Source: Candidatus Latescibacterota bacterium (lineage in GTDB: Bacteria > Latescibacterota > UBA2968 > UBA8231). Taken from it: 64,000 bases of DNA. Position numbers and translations under genes: made by a program. The stretch is from the NCBI GenBank assembly GCA_965221775.1, contig CBDCSU010000006.1, positions 2,400,001-2,464,000 of the forward strand. The letters are read 5' to 3'. The number at the start of each line of letters is the position of its first letter. Within the stretch, counting starts at the first letter, position 1. Below, in pieces: positions 36,761 to 49,506 of the stretch. The notes beneath the pieces were generated by a model. It ran no database searches and was not told the DNA's origin. It worked only from the letters and a program-made list of their open reading frames with translations.

Positions 36761-37738
36761 ATGCCCGCCCCTCCCACAGAGATCCCGGCCTCCGATTTCG
36801 ATGCCGCCGCCGACTTCCTGCGCGGCGGCGACGGCTTCCTGGTCACCTCCCACGTCAACGCCGACGGCGACGCCATCGGCGCGGTCCTGGCCATGGAGGG
36901 CCTGCTGCGCCAGCTCGGCAAGGCCTCGACGGCGGTCCTGGAGGAGAGGCCCGGCGACGCCTACGCCTTTCTCCCGGGGACCGCCGGCATCGTCGAGGCC
37001 GGCGCCGCGGGCGGCGGCCACCAGCGGGCCATCGTCCTCGATTGCTCCAACCTGGCGCGCACCGGCCCGGTGGCGGAGTGCCTCGCCGACGGCGCTTCCG
37101 TGCTCAACATCGACCACCATCCGGACAACCAGCGCTTCGGGTCGGCGAACCTGGCCTCCGAGGCCGTCTCCTCCACCTGCGAGATGCTCTACCACTTGGC
37201 CGTGCACATGGACCTGGAGCTCGACCGGACTCTGTCGGAGCTGCTCGCCGCGGGCCTCCTCTTCGACACCTGCTGCTTCCGCTATTCGCTGACCACGCCC
37301 ACGTCGATGGAGGTGGGTGCCGACCTCCGGCGCCGGGGGGCGCGGCTCGACCGCGTCGCCGACGGCCTCTACAGCAACGCCACCCTGGGCTCGGTCAAGC
37401 TTCTGGGGCGGGCCATCGACTCCCTCGAGCTGCACTGCGGGGACCGCGTCGCCCTCCTGGGGCTGAACCGGCGGGACCTGGCCCTGGGCGACCCCGAGGC
37501 GATCGTCAACTACGGTCTGATGGTGAGGGGCGTGGAGGCGGCGGCCCTGCTCAGGGAGGAGGAGCCGGGGCGGTTCCGCGTCAGCCTGAGGTCCCGCGGC
37601 GACGACGTGGACGTGAGCGCCGTGGCCCGCCACTTCGGCGGCGGCGGGCACCCCCAGGCCTCGGGCTGCCGCATCGAGGGAGAGGCGGCGGCGGTCCGGT
37701 CGCGCCTGCTGGCCGCCGTGGAGGAGATGCTGCGATGA
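36761..37738 (+). CDS. nrnA: DHH/DHHA1 oligoribonuclease / pAp phosphatase
   Basis: HVNADGDAIG, IDHH, SLRS, GGGH. Confidence 0.88.
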   Translation: MPAPPTEIPASDFDAAADFLRGGDGFLVTSHVNADGDAIGAVLAMEGLLRQLGKASTAVLEERPGDAYAFLPGTAGIVEAGAAGGGHQRAIVLDCSNLARTGPVAECLADGASVLNIDHHPDNQRFGSANLASEAVSSTCEMLYHLAVHMDLELDRTLSELLAAGLLFDTCCFRYSLTTPTSMEVGADLRRRGARLDRVADGLYSNATLGSVKLLGRAIDSLELHCGDRVALLGLNRRDLALGDPEAIVNYGLMVRGVEAAALLREEEPGRFRVSLRSRGDDVDVSAVARHFGGGGHPQASGCRIEGEAAAVRSRLLAAVEEMLR

Positions 37739-38661
37739 ACTCCGGCCACCTGGTGACGCTCAAGGACTGGAGCGCCGAGGAGATCCTCCAGGTCGTCGAC
37801 GCCGGCCGGCGCCTCAAGGCCGACCCCGGGGCCTTCGCCGAGACCCTGAAGGGGCGTTCCCTGGCGCTGCTGTTCCAGAAGACCTCGACGCGGACGCGCT
37901 GCTCCGGCGAGGTCGGCATGGCTCAGCTCGGCGGAGACTCGGTCTACCTCGACTGGCGGGCCACCAACTTCGGACTCGCCGACCTGGCCGACGAGGTTCG
38001 CGTCCTGGGCCGCTACTTCGACTTCCTCCTGGTGCGCTTCCTGGCCCACGCCGACGTGGTCACGGCGGCAGAGGCCGCCGAGGCGCCGGTGATGAACGGC
38101 TGCTGCGACCGCTACCATCCGCTGCAGGCCTTGTGCGACCTGCAGACGGTGCAGGAGAAGCTCGGCCGCCTGGAGGGGGTGCGCCTCACCTACGTGGGGG
38201 TCCGCAACAACGTCACGAACTCGCTCATCGCCGCCGGCCTCAAGACCGGCATGCACGTCACCGTCGTGGCTCCCGAGGTGAACGAGGCCGCCGCCGACGA
38301 AGGGCTGCTGGCCGAGGCCCGGGCCTCCGGCCGCTACGTGGAGACCGACGATCCGGCGGAAGGAGTGGCCGGCTGCGACGTGGTCTACACCGACACCTGG
38401 CTCGACATGGAGTACTTCAACGATCCCGCCTTCGCCGAGGAGAAGGAGCGGCGCCTGCGCGCCCTGCGGCCCTACCAGCTGAGCCGCGACCTGCTCCGCG
38501 GCCTCGACCCGCTGATCATGCACTGCCTGCCCGCCCACCGTGGCTACGAGATCGAGGCGGAGCTGGTGGAGGACCGGCGCTCGGTGGTCTTCGACCAGGC
38601 CGAGAACCGCATGCACAGCCAGAAGGCGGTGCTCCTCAAGCTGGCCGGACTCCTGGGGTAG
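37735..38661 (+). CDS. argF: Ornithine carbamoyltransferase
   Basis: STRTR, HPLQ, HCLP, QAENR. Confidence 0.88.
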   Translation: MNSGHLVTLKDWSAEEILQVVDAGRRLKADPGAFAETLKGRSLALLFQKTSTRTRCSGEVGMAQLGGDSVYLDWRATNFGLADLADEVRVLGRYFDFLLVRFLAHADVVTAAEAAEAPVMNGCCDRYHPLQALCDLQTVQEKLGRLEGVRLTYVGVRNNVTNSLIAAGLKTGMHVTVVAPEVNEAAADEGLLAEARASGRYVETDDPAEGVAGCDVVYTDTWLDMEYFNDPAFAEEKERRLRALRPYQLSRDLLRGLDPLIMHCLPAHRGYEIEAELVEDRRSVVFDQAENRMHSQKAVLLKLAGLLG

Positions 38662-38677
38662 AGTCCCCGGGGGCGCG

Positions 38678-39160
38678 TCAAGCGCCCCGCGCGTACGTCC
38701 CGCTGGCGCCGCCCCGCTTCTCCAGCAGGCGGACCTCGTCGATCACCATCTCGCGGTCGACGCCCTTGCACATGTCGTAGATCGTCAGCAGGGCCACCGC
38801 CGCGGCCGTGAGGGCCTCCATCTCCACGCCGGTGCGGTCCGCCAGGCGCGCCTCGGTCTCCACCTCGACGCGGTCCTCGCCGAGGGTGAACTCCACCTCG
38901 ACGGCGGTCAGGTTGAGGGAGTGGCACAGGGGGATGAGGTCCGCCGTCCTCTTGGCGGCCTGGATCCCGGCGATGCGCGCCGTCTCCAGGACGTTGCCCT
39001 TGGCCACGCTCTGCTCGGAGATGCGGCGCACCGTCTCGGGCCGCATGCGGATGCGGCCGCCGGCGCGCGCCAGGCGCTCGCTCACCGGCTTGTCGGAGAC
39101 ATCGACCATCTTCACGCGGCCCGACTCGTCGAGGTGGGTCAGGCGTCCGGAATCGGCCAC
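38678..39160 (-). CDS. moaC: Cyclic pyranopterin monophosphate synthase
   Basis: MVDVSDK, LIPLCH, GVEMEAL, YDMCK. Confidence 0.97.
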   Translation of the reverse strand: MADSGRLTHLDESGRVKMVDVSDKPVSERLARAGGRIRMRPETVRRISEQSVAKGNVLETARIAGIQAAKRTADLIPLCHSLNLTAVEVEFTLGEDRVEVETEARLADRTGVEMEALTAAAVALLTIYDMCKGVDREMVIDEVRLLEKRGGASGTYARGA

Positions 39161-39161
39161 G

Positions 39162-40532
39162 TCAGGACCCCCAGGGAGCGATCGCCTCTTTCAGGCCGCG
39201 GTAGCCCTCGAGGAAACCGGGCCTCGTCCCCCCGTAGACCTCGTCGAAGGCGTCCAGGGAGCGGTCGAGCCACCGGCGCAGCTCGGTGTGGCCGGGGTTG
39301 GCGTCGAGATAGGCGTGGCGGATGAGGACGAAGTGGATGCGCGGGTCGTAGGGCCGCTTGGTGCCGCCCATGGACTCGTCGCCGTCGAGGAGCCGCTCGA
39401 GCATGGCGTCGGCGGAGCCGAGGGTCTGCTCGTGAATGGGGGGGCCGGCCATGCGGTACATGACCGAGGTCATGTCGCGGCCGTTGCCGGTGGTGTAGCC
39501 CATGCGGCCCCAGAGGTCGTCCATCCTCGCCGCGGCGCCGACATGGTCGACGACGAGCTGGCCGAAGTGGCGCAGCGGGTCGGAGACGTCGGCGAGCAGG
39601 TCGGTGAGGCGGTCGCCGTCGAGGTCGGTGGCCAGGACGATGACCTCCTCCTTGTTGATGAGGTCCCAGAGCAGCAGGCCGTAGCTGGTGTCGGCGATGT
39701 GCTGCTCGATGCGGCCGCCCCAGCTCTCCATGCCGGCCTTGAAGTCCGGCGGCAGGAGGGAGATGATGCGGTCCACGTGCTCGCGGTGCTCCACGTAGCC
39801 GTCGACGGCGTACTTGCGGCCCACCTCGAAGCGCGTGCCCTGCAGCAGCCACGACAACAGGCCGGCGTTGATGCCGTCCTCCATGGCCTGGGTCGGCTTG
39901 AAGGCGACGCGTCCCAGGCGGCCGGTCTCGTGCACCATCTGCAGGAAGCGGCGGTTGGCGTAGGCCATCTGGATCCCCGGCGTGTTCATCTCGGAGTGGA
40001 TGAGGCCGGTCTCGCCGTCGACGTTGAAGCGGGGGCGGTCCTGCGAGTAGGGGAGGCAGGGCATGCAGCGGACGACGGTGATCGTGCCGTAGGGGCGGAC
40101 GTTGCAGTAGACCCCGGCCTGGGTGCGCAGCTGGGCGTTGCCGGACTTGCCCTTCACCACCACGCGGCCGCCGCGGCCGTCGTTGACGTAGGCGTCGCCG
40201 GCGGTGGACCACTTGATCGAGGTGCACGGCATGTTCCCGAACCAGGCCAGGGGGGCCAGGTCGAGGTCGTGGCGGTACTGGGCCCACATGGGAACACCGT
40301 AGTACGGCAGTCCGAGGACATCGAGGGCGGCGAGGGTGCCGAGGAGGGCGTAGGCGTCGGTGAGGGAGTGGGCCACGGGGTTCACCCCGGCGTCGTGGTT
40401 GCCGCCCTGCCAGATGACGGCCTCGGGATAGCCTTCGGGGCGCACCTCGCTGGGCTCGAAGAGCCCCTCGAGGAGGCCGAGGAGGTCGCTGCCGGCGGCC
40501 TCGGTGCGGGCGATGTCGAGCAGATCGATCAT
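39162..40532 (-). CDS. Highly divergent isocitrate/isopropylmalate dehydrogenase family protein
   Basis: [29 protein letters not shown] and HEQTLGSA match the beta-decarboxylating dehydrogenase motifs in order. Confidence 0.7.
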   Translation of the reverse strand: MIDLLDIARTEAAGSDLLGLLEGLFEPSEVRPEGYPEAVIWQGGNHDAGVNPVAHSLTDAYALLGTLAALDVLGLPYYGVPMWAQYRHDLDLAPLAWFGNMPCTSIKWSTAGDAYVNDGRGGRVVVKGKSGNAQLRTQAGVYCNVRPYGTITVVRCMPCLPYSQDRPRFNVDGETGLIHSEMNTPGIQMAYANRRFLQMVHETGRLGRVAFKPTQAMEDGINAGLLSWLLQGTRFEVGRKYAVDGYVEHREHVDRIISLLPPDFKAGMESWGGRIEQHIADTSYGLLLWDLINKEEVIVLATDLDGDRLTDLLADVSDPLRHFGQLVVDHVGAAARMDDLWGRMGYTTGNGRDMTSVMYRMAGPPIHEQTLGSADAMLERLLDGDESMGGTKRPYDPRIHFVLIRHAYLDANPGHTELRRWLDRSLDAFDEVYGGTRPGFLEGYRGLKEAIAPWGS

Positions 40533-40815
40533 GGGGGTCCGCTAAGTTGTTGTTTTCGTTGAAGGAATGGGGATTTTCGCAGCCGTGGAAGATAGCCAGC
40601 CGAGGGTTTCCCGGCAACCCGGGTGCCCGCCGTGCCGGGAGCCGCCGGCGGTGCTTCCGCGGGCGGGATCGGGCGTCGGTCCGGGGCTGCCTTTGCGCCC
40701 GAGCGGCCGGGGGTGGAGGATGCGGCGCCCCATGGCCGGGGAGTGCGCCCGGGGAACGGGGGAGCTTGCGCTCTCCCGTCTCTGCCGGTAACTTCTCGGA
40801 CTGAGAAAAGACGGG

Positions 40816-40840
40816 TAGCACTCTCGCAACGGGAGTGCTA
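40816..40840 (+). promoter_or_regulatory. CIRCE element (HrcA operator)
   Basis: TAGCACTC-N9-GAGTGCTA, 50 bp upstream of groEL. Confidence 0.93.
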
Positions 40841-40853
40841 TGGACTCTCGTAA

Positions 40854-42515
<1,662 letters not shown>

Positions 42516-42552
42516 GAGCGGGCAGCCCCGGCTGCACCGCGTGATCGACAAA

Positions 42553-42586
42553 GAAGGGGTCCACCGGTCGTCCGGTGGGCCCCTTC
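42553..42586. terminator. Hairpin between convergent groEL and M23 genes
   Basis: GAAGGGGTCCACCGG-TCGT-CCGGTGGGCCCCTTC; weak U tail. Confidence 0.6.
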
Positions 42587-42625
42587 GTGCATGTACCGCT
42601 GAGGGCGGGGAGGCTCCCCGCGCCC

Positions 42626-43390
42626 CTACAGCCAGAGCTGCTGACAGGCGGCGGTGCGGTCGCGGCCCTGCTCGAGGACCTGGAAGCGGAGCCCGGGGGG
42701 TGCGCCCGGCGGCCGGGCGGTCAGGCCGAGGGGCTGGCCCTTGTGCACGTAGTTCCCGGTCTCGACGGACAGGGCGCCGATCCCGGCGTAGCTCGTGATC
42801 AGGCCGTGGCCGTGGTCGAGACTCACCTCGTACCATCCCGAGGAGTGGTCGAAGCGCGTCCGCTCGACCCGCCCCGCGGCGCTGGCCCGCACCAGGGCTC
42901 CGCCCGGGGCCTGCAGCAGCACGCCCGGGTCGGTCTGGCTCCAGACGGGGGTGCGCACCGGCTTCAGGGTCGGCACCGAGGTCAGGTTCCCGTAACGGAG
43001 ACGGTGGATCAGGGGGATGAAGGCCTGCCGCTCCGGGGGGGCCTGCCCCGCGGCGGCCGGCCCCCCGGCGTCAGCCCCCCGCAGGCCGAAGGCCTCGGCC
43101 GTGAGCATGCGCAGCTGGTCGTTGCGGGTCTTGAGCCCCTGGAGGATCTCCTCGAGCTCCCCGATGGAGGCCACCTCCTCGGCGAGGATCGCCCGTTCGC
43201 GCTCCAGCCACTCGACCCGCTGCGCCAGGGAGTCGGCCCTCTGCTGGGCGCGCCAGCCGAGGGCGAGGAGTCCCACGAGGGCGGCGGCGATGAGGGCCAC
43301 CCCCCACAGGTAGAGGCGGGCGACCCTGAACTCGTAGGTGGGCCCGCCCTCCTCGGGGATGACCAGCAGGGTGAAGCCGCGCCTGAGCAA
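42626..43390 (-). CDS. Membrane-anchored coiled-coil + degenerate M23/LytM domain protein
   Basis: TM, coiled coil, VRASAAGRV..DHGHGL..VHKGQPLG; Zn ligands absent. Confidence 0.75.
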   Translation of the reverse strand: MLRRGFTLLVIPEEGGPTYEFRVARLYLWGVALIAAALVGLLALGWRAQQRADSLAQRVEWLERERAILAEEVASIGELEEILQGLKTRNDQLRMLTAEAFGLRGADAGGPAAAGQAPPERQAFIPLIHRLRYGNLTSVPTLKPVRTPVWSQTDPGVLLQAPGGALVRASAAGRVERTRFDHSSGWYEVSLDHGHGLITSYAGIGALSVETGNYVHKGQPLGLTARPPGAPPGLRFQVLEQGRDRTAACQQLWL

Positions 43391-43403
43391 GGGTCCCGCC
43401 GGC

Positions 43404-44225
43404 CTACCCGAAGATGCGGCGCCGCAGGCCGACGAAGAACTCCGCCTCCCGCGCCACGGCCGCGTCGAAGCCGTCCGCCGGGAGGTGGAACTCGCAGTGA
43501 ATCGACGCCGGGCCGCCGAAACCGTGGTCGCGCAGGATCTCGAAGACCGAGGTGAAATCGGCCATCCCCTGGCCGGCCTCGACCACGTCCCGGACCTTGC
43601 GGCCGTGCCCGTGGCGCTCCTCGCGGCGCAGCAGGAAGTCCTTCAGGGCCACCGCCGACAGGTGCTCCCGGTGGATGGCCAGGGCCACGGCGAACTCCTC
43701 GCCCTCGCCCACCAGATGCCCCGTGTCGAGGTAGGCGCCGACGCGGGCCGGATCTAGGCCGCGCAGCAGGTGAGCGAGCATGCCGGCATTCAGCCCCAGG
43801 CAGCGGTTGGAGTGGGTGTGGTAGACGACCTGCACCCCGTGGGCGGCGGCCAGCTCGCCCCAGCGGGTCAACTCGCCGCGGCAGGCGGCGACGGCCTCCC
43901 AGTAGTCGGCGGCGGGATCGAGCTTGAAGTAGCCGAGCTTCACCCGCGGCACCCCGGCCGCGGCCATCGCCTCGAGCAGGGGTTCGGCCCCGGGAGCGCC
44001 GGGGTCGACCAGGCCGGTGTCGGCCGTGATCAGGGGGATGTCGAGCCCCCGCCGCCGCAGGCTCTCGGCCGCCACCGGCAGGGCCTCGGAGACGTTGCCG
44101 GGATTCACCGGGTGGCCGGGCCTCACGGCGAGATCGTAGCCGTCGATGCCGAGGCGGCCGGCGAGGTCTCCCAGCTCGTCCACGCCGAGCGCGGCCAGCA
44201 TCTTCGAGAACACGATCAGCTTCAT
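43404..44225 (-). CDS. Sugar phosphate isomerase/epimerase (TIM barrel)
   Basis: DLAVRPGH, YHTHS, DTGH, LKD, SIHCE. Confidence 0.85.
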   Translation of the reverse strand: MKLIVFSKMLAALGVDELGDLAGRLGIDGYDLAVRPGHPVNPGNVSEALPVAAESLRRRGLDIPLITADTGLVDPGAPGAEPLLEAMAAAGVPRVKLGYFKLDPAADYWEAVAACRGELTRWGELAAAHGVQVVYHTHSNRCLGLNAGMLAHLLRGLDPARVGAYLDTGHLVGEGEEFAVALAIHREHLSAVALKDFLLRREERHGHGRKVRDVVEAGQGMADFTSVFEILRDHGFGGPASIHCEFHLPADGFDAAVAREAEFFVGLRRRIFG

Positions 44226-44244
44226 CGGTCGGGGCGCCGGCGGC

Positions 44245-45057
44245 TCAGTCGGCGGTCAGGGTCAGCTCGGCGCGGCCGCCGAGCCCGTGGACCACGGGGA
44301 AGGTCATCTCCCGGGGCCTGCCCTCGGCGGGGCGGTAGCGCACCGTCGGCGGGAAGTAGGCGTAGAGCGCCGTGTGCCGCGGCCTCGAACTGTTGTTGGC
44401 GCCCGAGCCGTGCACGACCAGGCTGTGGAAGAGCAGGGCGCTGCCCGCCTTCAGGGGGACCTCCCGGCACTGGCCCATGTCGACGTCCTCGCGGTCGGTG
44501 AGGGGCTGGTCCCGCTCGCGGGTGATGCGGCCCCATCTCTGCGACCCCCACTTGTGGCTGCCCGGGATCACCTGGATGCAGCCGTTCTCCGGATCGCTGT
44601 CGGTGAGGGCGATGCTCACCGTCACCAGCGCCGGCGGCTCCATCGGCCAGTAGGGCGAGTCCTGGTGCAGGCCGTGGGCCGATCCGTGGTGGGCGGGCTT
44701 GAGCATGAGGGTGCTGCGGAAGAGGAGCAAATCGTCGCCGATGAGCATGCGGATCGTCTCGAGCAGCCGCGGGTGGGCGGCCAGATCGCGGAAGACCTCG
44801 GAGTGCTTCCCCGTCCTCTCGATCTTGCGCAGCACCGGACGCCCTTCCCCCGCGCCCGGGGCCGCGTAGGGCTCCAGCTGGAAGCTGCGCCGGCTCCGCT
44901 CCTCGTCCGACAGCCCGGCGGCCAGCGCGTGCAGGCGCTCGATCTCCCGGGCGCAGGCCTCGACCTCGTCCGCGTCGAGCATGCCCTCGAGCACGAGGTA
45001 GCCGTGCTCCTCGAAGAAGGTCCGCTTCTCTTCCGCCGGCAGGGTGGCCGTCGTCAT
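44245..45057 (-). CDS. PhyH-family dioxygenase
   Basis: LHQDSPYW, ENGCIQVIPGSH, VHGS. Confidence 0.9.
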   Translation of the reverse strand: MTTATLPAEEKRTFFEEHGYLVLEGMLDADEVEACAREIERLHALAAGLSDEERSRRSFQLEPYAAPGAGEGRPVLRKIERTGKHSEVFRDLAAHPRLLETIRMLIGDDLLLFRSTLMLKPAHHGSAHGLHQDSPYWPMEPPALVTVSIALTDSDPENGCIQVIPGSHKWGSQRWGRITRERDQPLTDREDVDMGQCREVPLKAGSALLFHSLVVHGSGANNSSRPRHTALYAYFPPTVRYRPAEGRPREMTFPVVHGLGGRAELTLTAD

Positions 45058-45193
45058 CGTCTCGCTCCTGACGTGGGTCCGTGGGTCGCCGGCGGGGAAT
45101 CTACGGGACGGTCCGCGGCCCTGCCATCCCGGCGCCCGTCCCCTATCATTCGCGCAACCGCCCCCCCATCCTCCCTCCCGCAAGGTGCAACGC

Positions 45194-45775
45194 ATGCGAT
45201 CCAGATCCTCGATTCCCATCGGCGCCGCGCTGCTGGCAGCCTGCCTGGCCGGCGCCGACGAGCACCCGGTCCCGAAGGCGCCCGACCAGATCCGGCCTCT
45301 CCTCATCGGCAGCGAGGCCCCCGGCGGCGTCTGGCCCGATGCCGCCGGCGAACCGTTCGATCTCGGCGAGGCGCTGAAGGCGGGTCCCGCGGTGGTGGTG
45401 TTCTACCGCGCCCACTGGTGACCCCACTGCCGCAAGCAGTTGGTTCAACTGCAAGCAGACTCCGAGACGCTGAACGAGCTGGGATTCCGCATCGTCGCCG
45501 TGTGCATCGATCCACCGGAGGTGCTGGCGAAGACCGCGGTGGACTGGGGGCTGGGGATGCCCCTGCTCTCCGACCCGGAGCTGAAGCTGGCCCACGCGTA
45601 CGGTGTCGCCTTCCGGCCCGAGGGCCGGCCGGGGTTGCCCGTGCCCGCCGTGTTCCTCGTCACCGAGGGCCGGATCCGGTTCCAGTACGTGAACCCGACC
45701 TACCAGGTGCGGCTGGCGCGGGAGGTGCTGCTGGCGGCGGCCCGGGAGCTGTCGCCGCGGCGGCAGGAAGAGTGA
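45194..45775 (+). CDS. Selenocysteine-containing AhpC/TSA peroxiredoxin-like protein
   Basis: In-frame TGA 45419-45421 gives FYRAHW-U-PHCRKQL (UxxC); the frame continues as a thioredoxin fold (LLSDP, PAVFLV). Confidence 0.85.
45436..45452 (+). promoter_or_regulatory. Putative bacterial SECIS hairpin
   Basis: GCAGTTG-GTT-CAACTGC starting 15 nt after the UGA, G in the apical loop. Confidence 0.6.
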
Positions 45776-45788
45776 GTCCGGGCGGCCT

Positions 45789-46931
45789 TCAGACCGCCGC
45801 GTAGGCGAGTCCGAGCACGGCCAGCACCAGGCTGCAGGCCAGCCCCAGGCCGAAGGGCCGGGCGCCGCCGACGGCCAGGGAGCGCAGTTGCGTCATCAGG
45901 CCGACGGCGGCCATGGCCGCCGTGATCAGCCACTTCGCCCCGCCGGAGGCCAGTTGCGCCAGGTTGTACGTGCGGTCCCCCTCGCCGAAGAGGAAGCGGT
46001 CGGTCATGTGGAAGGTGACGTCGGGCAGGAACCCCGTGGTGCGCAGGAAGGCGGCGAGCACGAACAGCAGCAGGAAGCCCGGCACCAGCCCCTTGTAGTC
46101 GACCCGCCGGCCCACGTACGCCGTCCGGCGGCGGCGGTGGCGGGCGTAGAGGGCGCCGAGGAGGACCACCGCCGGACCCAGCATGGAGATGCGCACGAGC
46201 TTGACGATGGTGGCCACCTCGCCGGCGGTCTGGCCGTCCCCCGGGTGGGCGAATCCGGCGGCCAGCACCTGGGGCGTGGCGTGGATCGCCAGCCCGCACC
46301 AGAGGCCGTAGATCTCCGGCGACAGGGCCAGCACCGCGGCCAGGGCGGGGAAGGCGAGCATGGCCATCACCCCGAGGAGGTTCACGGTGGCCACCGAGAC
46401 CGCCACCTCCCGCTCCTCGCACTCCAGGACCGGCGCCGCGGCGACGATCGCCGAGGTGCCGCAGATGGCGGTGCCGAGGCCCAGGAGCAGGGCCGGCTTG
46501 CGGCCCAGGCCGAAGCGGGGGCCAAGGGCCCGGGCCAGAAGGACGACGAGCACGATGAGGACGACGACGGCGGCGAGCACGCCGAGGCCGATGCGGACCA
46601 GGTCGTGGAAGTCGAGACTGGCGCCGAGGAGGACGATGCCGACGAGCAGCACCCGGCGAATGACGAAGTCGGCTCCGGGCTTCAGGGCGGCGGTGGCCGG
46701 CACCAGGTTGCGCAGGGCCATGCCGAGGAGCAGGGCCAGCAGCACCGGGCTCAGGGGGTGCTGGCCGCCGGAGAGGGTGAAAGGCGGCCAGGGCAGGTCG
46801 TTGAGCTGAAAGGCGAGCCAGGCCAGGACGCCGCAGAGGAGGGCCCCCGGCACGGGGTGGCCGCGGTGCCACTGCGCCAGCTGCCGCCGGAAGCGGCTCT
46901 CGAAGGCCCTCTCCGTGCGCTGAATCGCCAC
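45789..46931 (-). CDS. YeiH/UPF0324 putative sulfate exporter
   Basis: Multi-TM; [25 protein letters not shown]. Confidence 0.9.
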   Translation of the reverse strand: MAIQRTERAFESRFRRQLAQWHRGHPVPGALLCGVLAWLAFQLNDLPWPPFTLSGGQHPLSPVLLALLLGMALRNLVPATAALKPGADFVIRRVLLVGIVLLGASLDFHDLVRIGLGVLAAVVVLIVLVVLLARALGPRFGLGRKPALLLGLGTAICGTSAIVAAAPVLECEEREVAVSVATVNLLGVMAMLAFPALAAVLALSPEIYGLWCGLAIHATPQVLAAGFAHPGDGQTAGEVATIVKLVRISMLGPAVVLLGALYARHRRRRTAYVGRRVDYKGLVPGFLLLFVLAAFLRTTGFLPDVTFHMTDRFLFGEGDRTYNLAQLASGGAKWLITAAMAAVGLMTQLRSLAVGGARPFGLGLACSLVLAVLGLAYAAV

Positions 46932-46942
46932 CGCCGCCCGTC

Positions 46943-47900
46943 TCAGAGCCAGCCGCCGCCGAGGGCGTCGCGGTCGCGGAAGTACTCGGCCACCGAGAAG
47001 TAGCGGGTGCCCGTGTCGCACAGGACGGTGACCACCGTGGCCTCGGGGGGCAGCTCCTCGGCGACCTGCCGGGCGGCGACGACGTTGGCCCCCGAGGAGA
47101 TGCCCACCAGCAGCGACTCGCGGTTCGCCAGGGCCTCGGTCATGTCGAAGGCGTCGCGGTCCTCCACGGTGAGGACCGCGGTCGATGATCTCGCGGTTGA
47201 GGATCGGCGGCACGAAGCCGGCGCCGATCCCTTCGATGGCGTGGGGGCCGCCCTTGCCGCCGGAGAGCACCGCCGAGGCCGCCGGCTCGACGGCGACGAT
47301 CTCGACGCCCTCGATGGCATCCTTGAGCACCTGGCCGGCGCCGGTGATCGTGCCGCCCGTGCCGACGCCGGTGACGAAGGCGTCGATCCTCCCCCCGGTG
47401 GCCTCGAGGATCTCGGGGCCGGTGGTGCGGCGGTGGACCTCGGGGTTGGCCGGGTTCTCGAACTGGCGCAGCTCCAGGCAGTTCGGGTTGCGGTCGATGA
47501 TCTCGGCGGCGCGGCGCACGGCGCCGCCCATGTCCTGGTCGCCCGGGGTGAGCACCACCTCGGCGCCGTAGCGGGTCACCAGGGCCCGCCGCTCGAAGCT
47601 CATCGTCTCCGGCATGGTGAGGATCAGGCGGTAGCCGAGGCTGGAGCAGAGCATGGCCAGGCCGATGCCGGTGTTGCCGCTGGTGGCCTCCACGATCGTC
47701 GTCTCCGGCTCGAGCACGCCGCGGGCCTCGGCGTCGCGCACCATGCTCAGGGCGATGCGGTCCTTGACGCTGCCGCCGGGGTTGAGGTACTCCATCTTGC
47801 CGAGAATCGTCGCCCCGCCCTCGGGCGACAGGTGGCGCAGGCGGATCAGCGGCGTGCCGCCGATCATCTCCGTGACCCGGTCGTGAATCCCGGCCGCCAT
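46943..47900 (-). CDS. cysK: Cysteine synthase A, +1 frameshift at ~47179
   Basis: [28 protein letters not shown]; C-terminus ([14 protein letters not shown]) in the next frame. Confidence 0.92.
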
Positions 47901-47905
47901 GGCGT

Positions 47906-49441
47906 TCACCGCAGGACCATCACTTTCCGCGTATAGCTGTCGCCGCCGGCGCGCAGCCGCAGGATGTAGACGCCGCTGCCGAGGCTGCGGCCGCCGGCCG
48001 CGGTCCCGTCCCAGCGCGCCCGGTAGCGCCCGGGTGGCATCCGGCCGCTGCGCAGCGTCACCAGGGGCCGGCCGAGGAGGTCGTGGACGCGCAGGTCCAC
48101 CTCCGTCTCGCGGGCGATCTCGAAAGGCAGGACGGTGCCGGCGTTGAAGGGGTTCGGGTAGGCCGGCTCCAGCCGGCTCGCCCGGGGCCGGGCCGCCTCG
48201 AGGCCGCTCACCGCCGTCGGCGGCGCCGTGCGGAAGCGGGCGAACCACAGCTCCAGGTTCGGATGGGGTCCGCTGCTGAAGACGGCGCAGGGCTCGTCGG
48301 GCAGCACGCTGCCGCTCGACGGTGAGATCCCGTAGAGGAACCACACGCTCTGCAGGCCGTGGCCGTCGAAGCCGGCCAGGTCGGCCCTGGTCCAGCTGCG
48401 CCCTCCCTCCTCGGCGCGGTAGAGCAACAGGGAGCTGCCATGCGTCACGGTCATCCACAACTCCCCGGGCCGCGCCGGCGCCTCGTAGACCGCGGCCACC
48501 GCCGCACCGCCGATGACCACCTCCTCCCACTGCTCCGTTCCCGGGTCCCGGCGGTAGACCATCAGCCGGTTGTTGCCGCCCTCGGGCTCGTACTGGCCGG
48601 TGAGGTAGAGGGCGCCGTCGGCCGCCCTCCACATCGCTTCGCCATAGGCGATGTTCTGCGTCCAGGGAACGACGTCGGCCACCACCTCGACCTCGGCCGA
48701 GAGGGGATCGGCGTAGGGCACGTAGAGGTAGTTGATGCGGTTGTAGTAGGAGCTGAGGTCGGCGTTGTTGCTGACCACGAGGTGGAAGCCGTCGCCGTCG
48801 GGCCAGATCACCGGGTAGAGCCAGGTGGTGTAGGGCTCCTCGGCGCGCTGCTCCCGGGCCAGCAGGTGAGGGCCGCCCCACTCGCCGGTGCCCAGATCGA
48901 CCCAGGCGACGAGGAAGGAGTAGGTGGCCGGGTCGGCGATGTAGCCGAGGACCAGGCGGTCGCCGTCCATGGCGGCGCCGACGTAGCCCGCCTTGCCCAG
49001 GCCCGCCGGCAGGGCCACCTCCTCGAAGCTGTCCGGGTCGCCGCGGCTCTGCTGGTGGAGGATGCGGGGACCGTCGAGGAGGCGGGGGTGGACGAGCACG
49101 AGCCGCCGCTGGCTGTCGAGCAGCACCAGGCCCGGCTGGTAGTCGTGGGTGCCCCAGTCGTAGAACCGCTTCCAGCCCTCCTCGCCGCCGCGGTAGACGA
49201 CGCCCTGGGCGGTGGAAGGATCGAGCCCCCACATGCCGACGGCGTAGAAGTCGTCGCCGTCGAAGACCAGCTTGGGCCCGTTGTAGCCGAAGTAGGGACT
49301 GACCCACGCCTCGCCCGTGTCGATGCGGGAGAGGGCGAAGTCGATGACCCCGTCCTGGGCGTGGAGAGAGAAGGGAAGGGCGAGGCCCAGCGACAGCAGC
49401 GCGAGCCGGAGGCGGGAGGCGGTGGGGCGGACGGGAATCAT
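47906..49441 (-). CDS. Secreted beta-propeller-like protein with C-terminal FlgD-Ig domain
   Basis: Signal peptide; BNR-like EEGGRSW; YPNPFN..WDG..SGVY tail. Confidence 0.8.
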   Translation of the reverse strand: MIPVRPTASRLRLALLSLGLALPFSLHAQDGVIDFALSRIDTGEAWVSPYFGYNGPKLVFDGDDFYAVGMWGLDPSTAQGVVYRGGEEGWKRFYDWGTHDYQPGLVLLDSQRRLVLVHPRLLDGPRILHQQSRGDPDSFEEVALPAGLGKAGYVGAAMDGDRLVLGYIADPATYSFLVAWVDLGTGEWGGPHLLAREQRAEEPYTTWLYPVIWPDGDGFHLVVSNNADLSSYYNRINYLYVPYADPLSAEVEVVADVVPWTQNIAYGEAMWRAADGALYLTGQYEPEGGNNRLMVYRRDPGTEQWEEVVIGGAAVAAVYEAPARPGELWMTVTHGSSLLLYRAEEGGRSWTRADLAGFDGHGLQSVWFLYGISPSSGSVLPDEPCAVFSSGPHPNLELWFARFRTAPPTAVSGLEAARPRASRLEPAYPNPFNAGTVLPFEIARETEVDLRVHDLLGRPLVTLRSGRMPPGRYRARWDGTAAGGRSLGSGVYILRLRAGGDSYTRKVMVLR

Positions 49442-49506
49442 CTGGCACCTCCAGGGTCTGGAGCCTCCGCAAAGCAAGGGTCTGGGACACTCTGGCGACA
49501 GCCCGG

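Noticed and set aside
40610-40700. c-di-GMP-I riboswitch upstream of the IDH-like gene (minus strand GGGCGCAAAG...CCGGGTTGCCG)
   Set aside because: The 5' GGCAAACC/GAAA P2 elements are missing; resemblance is partial.
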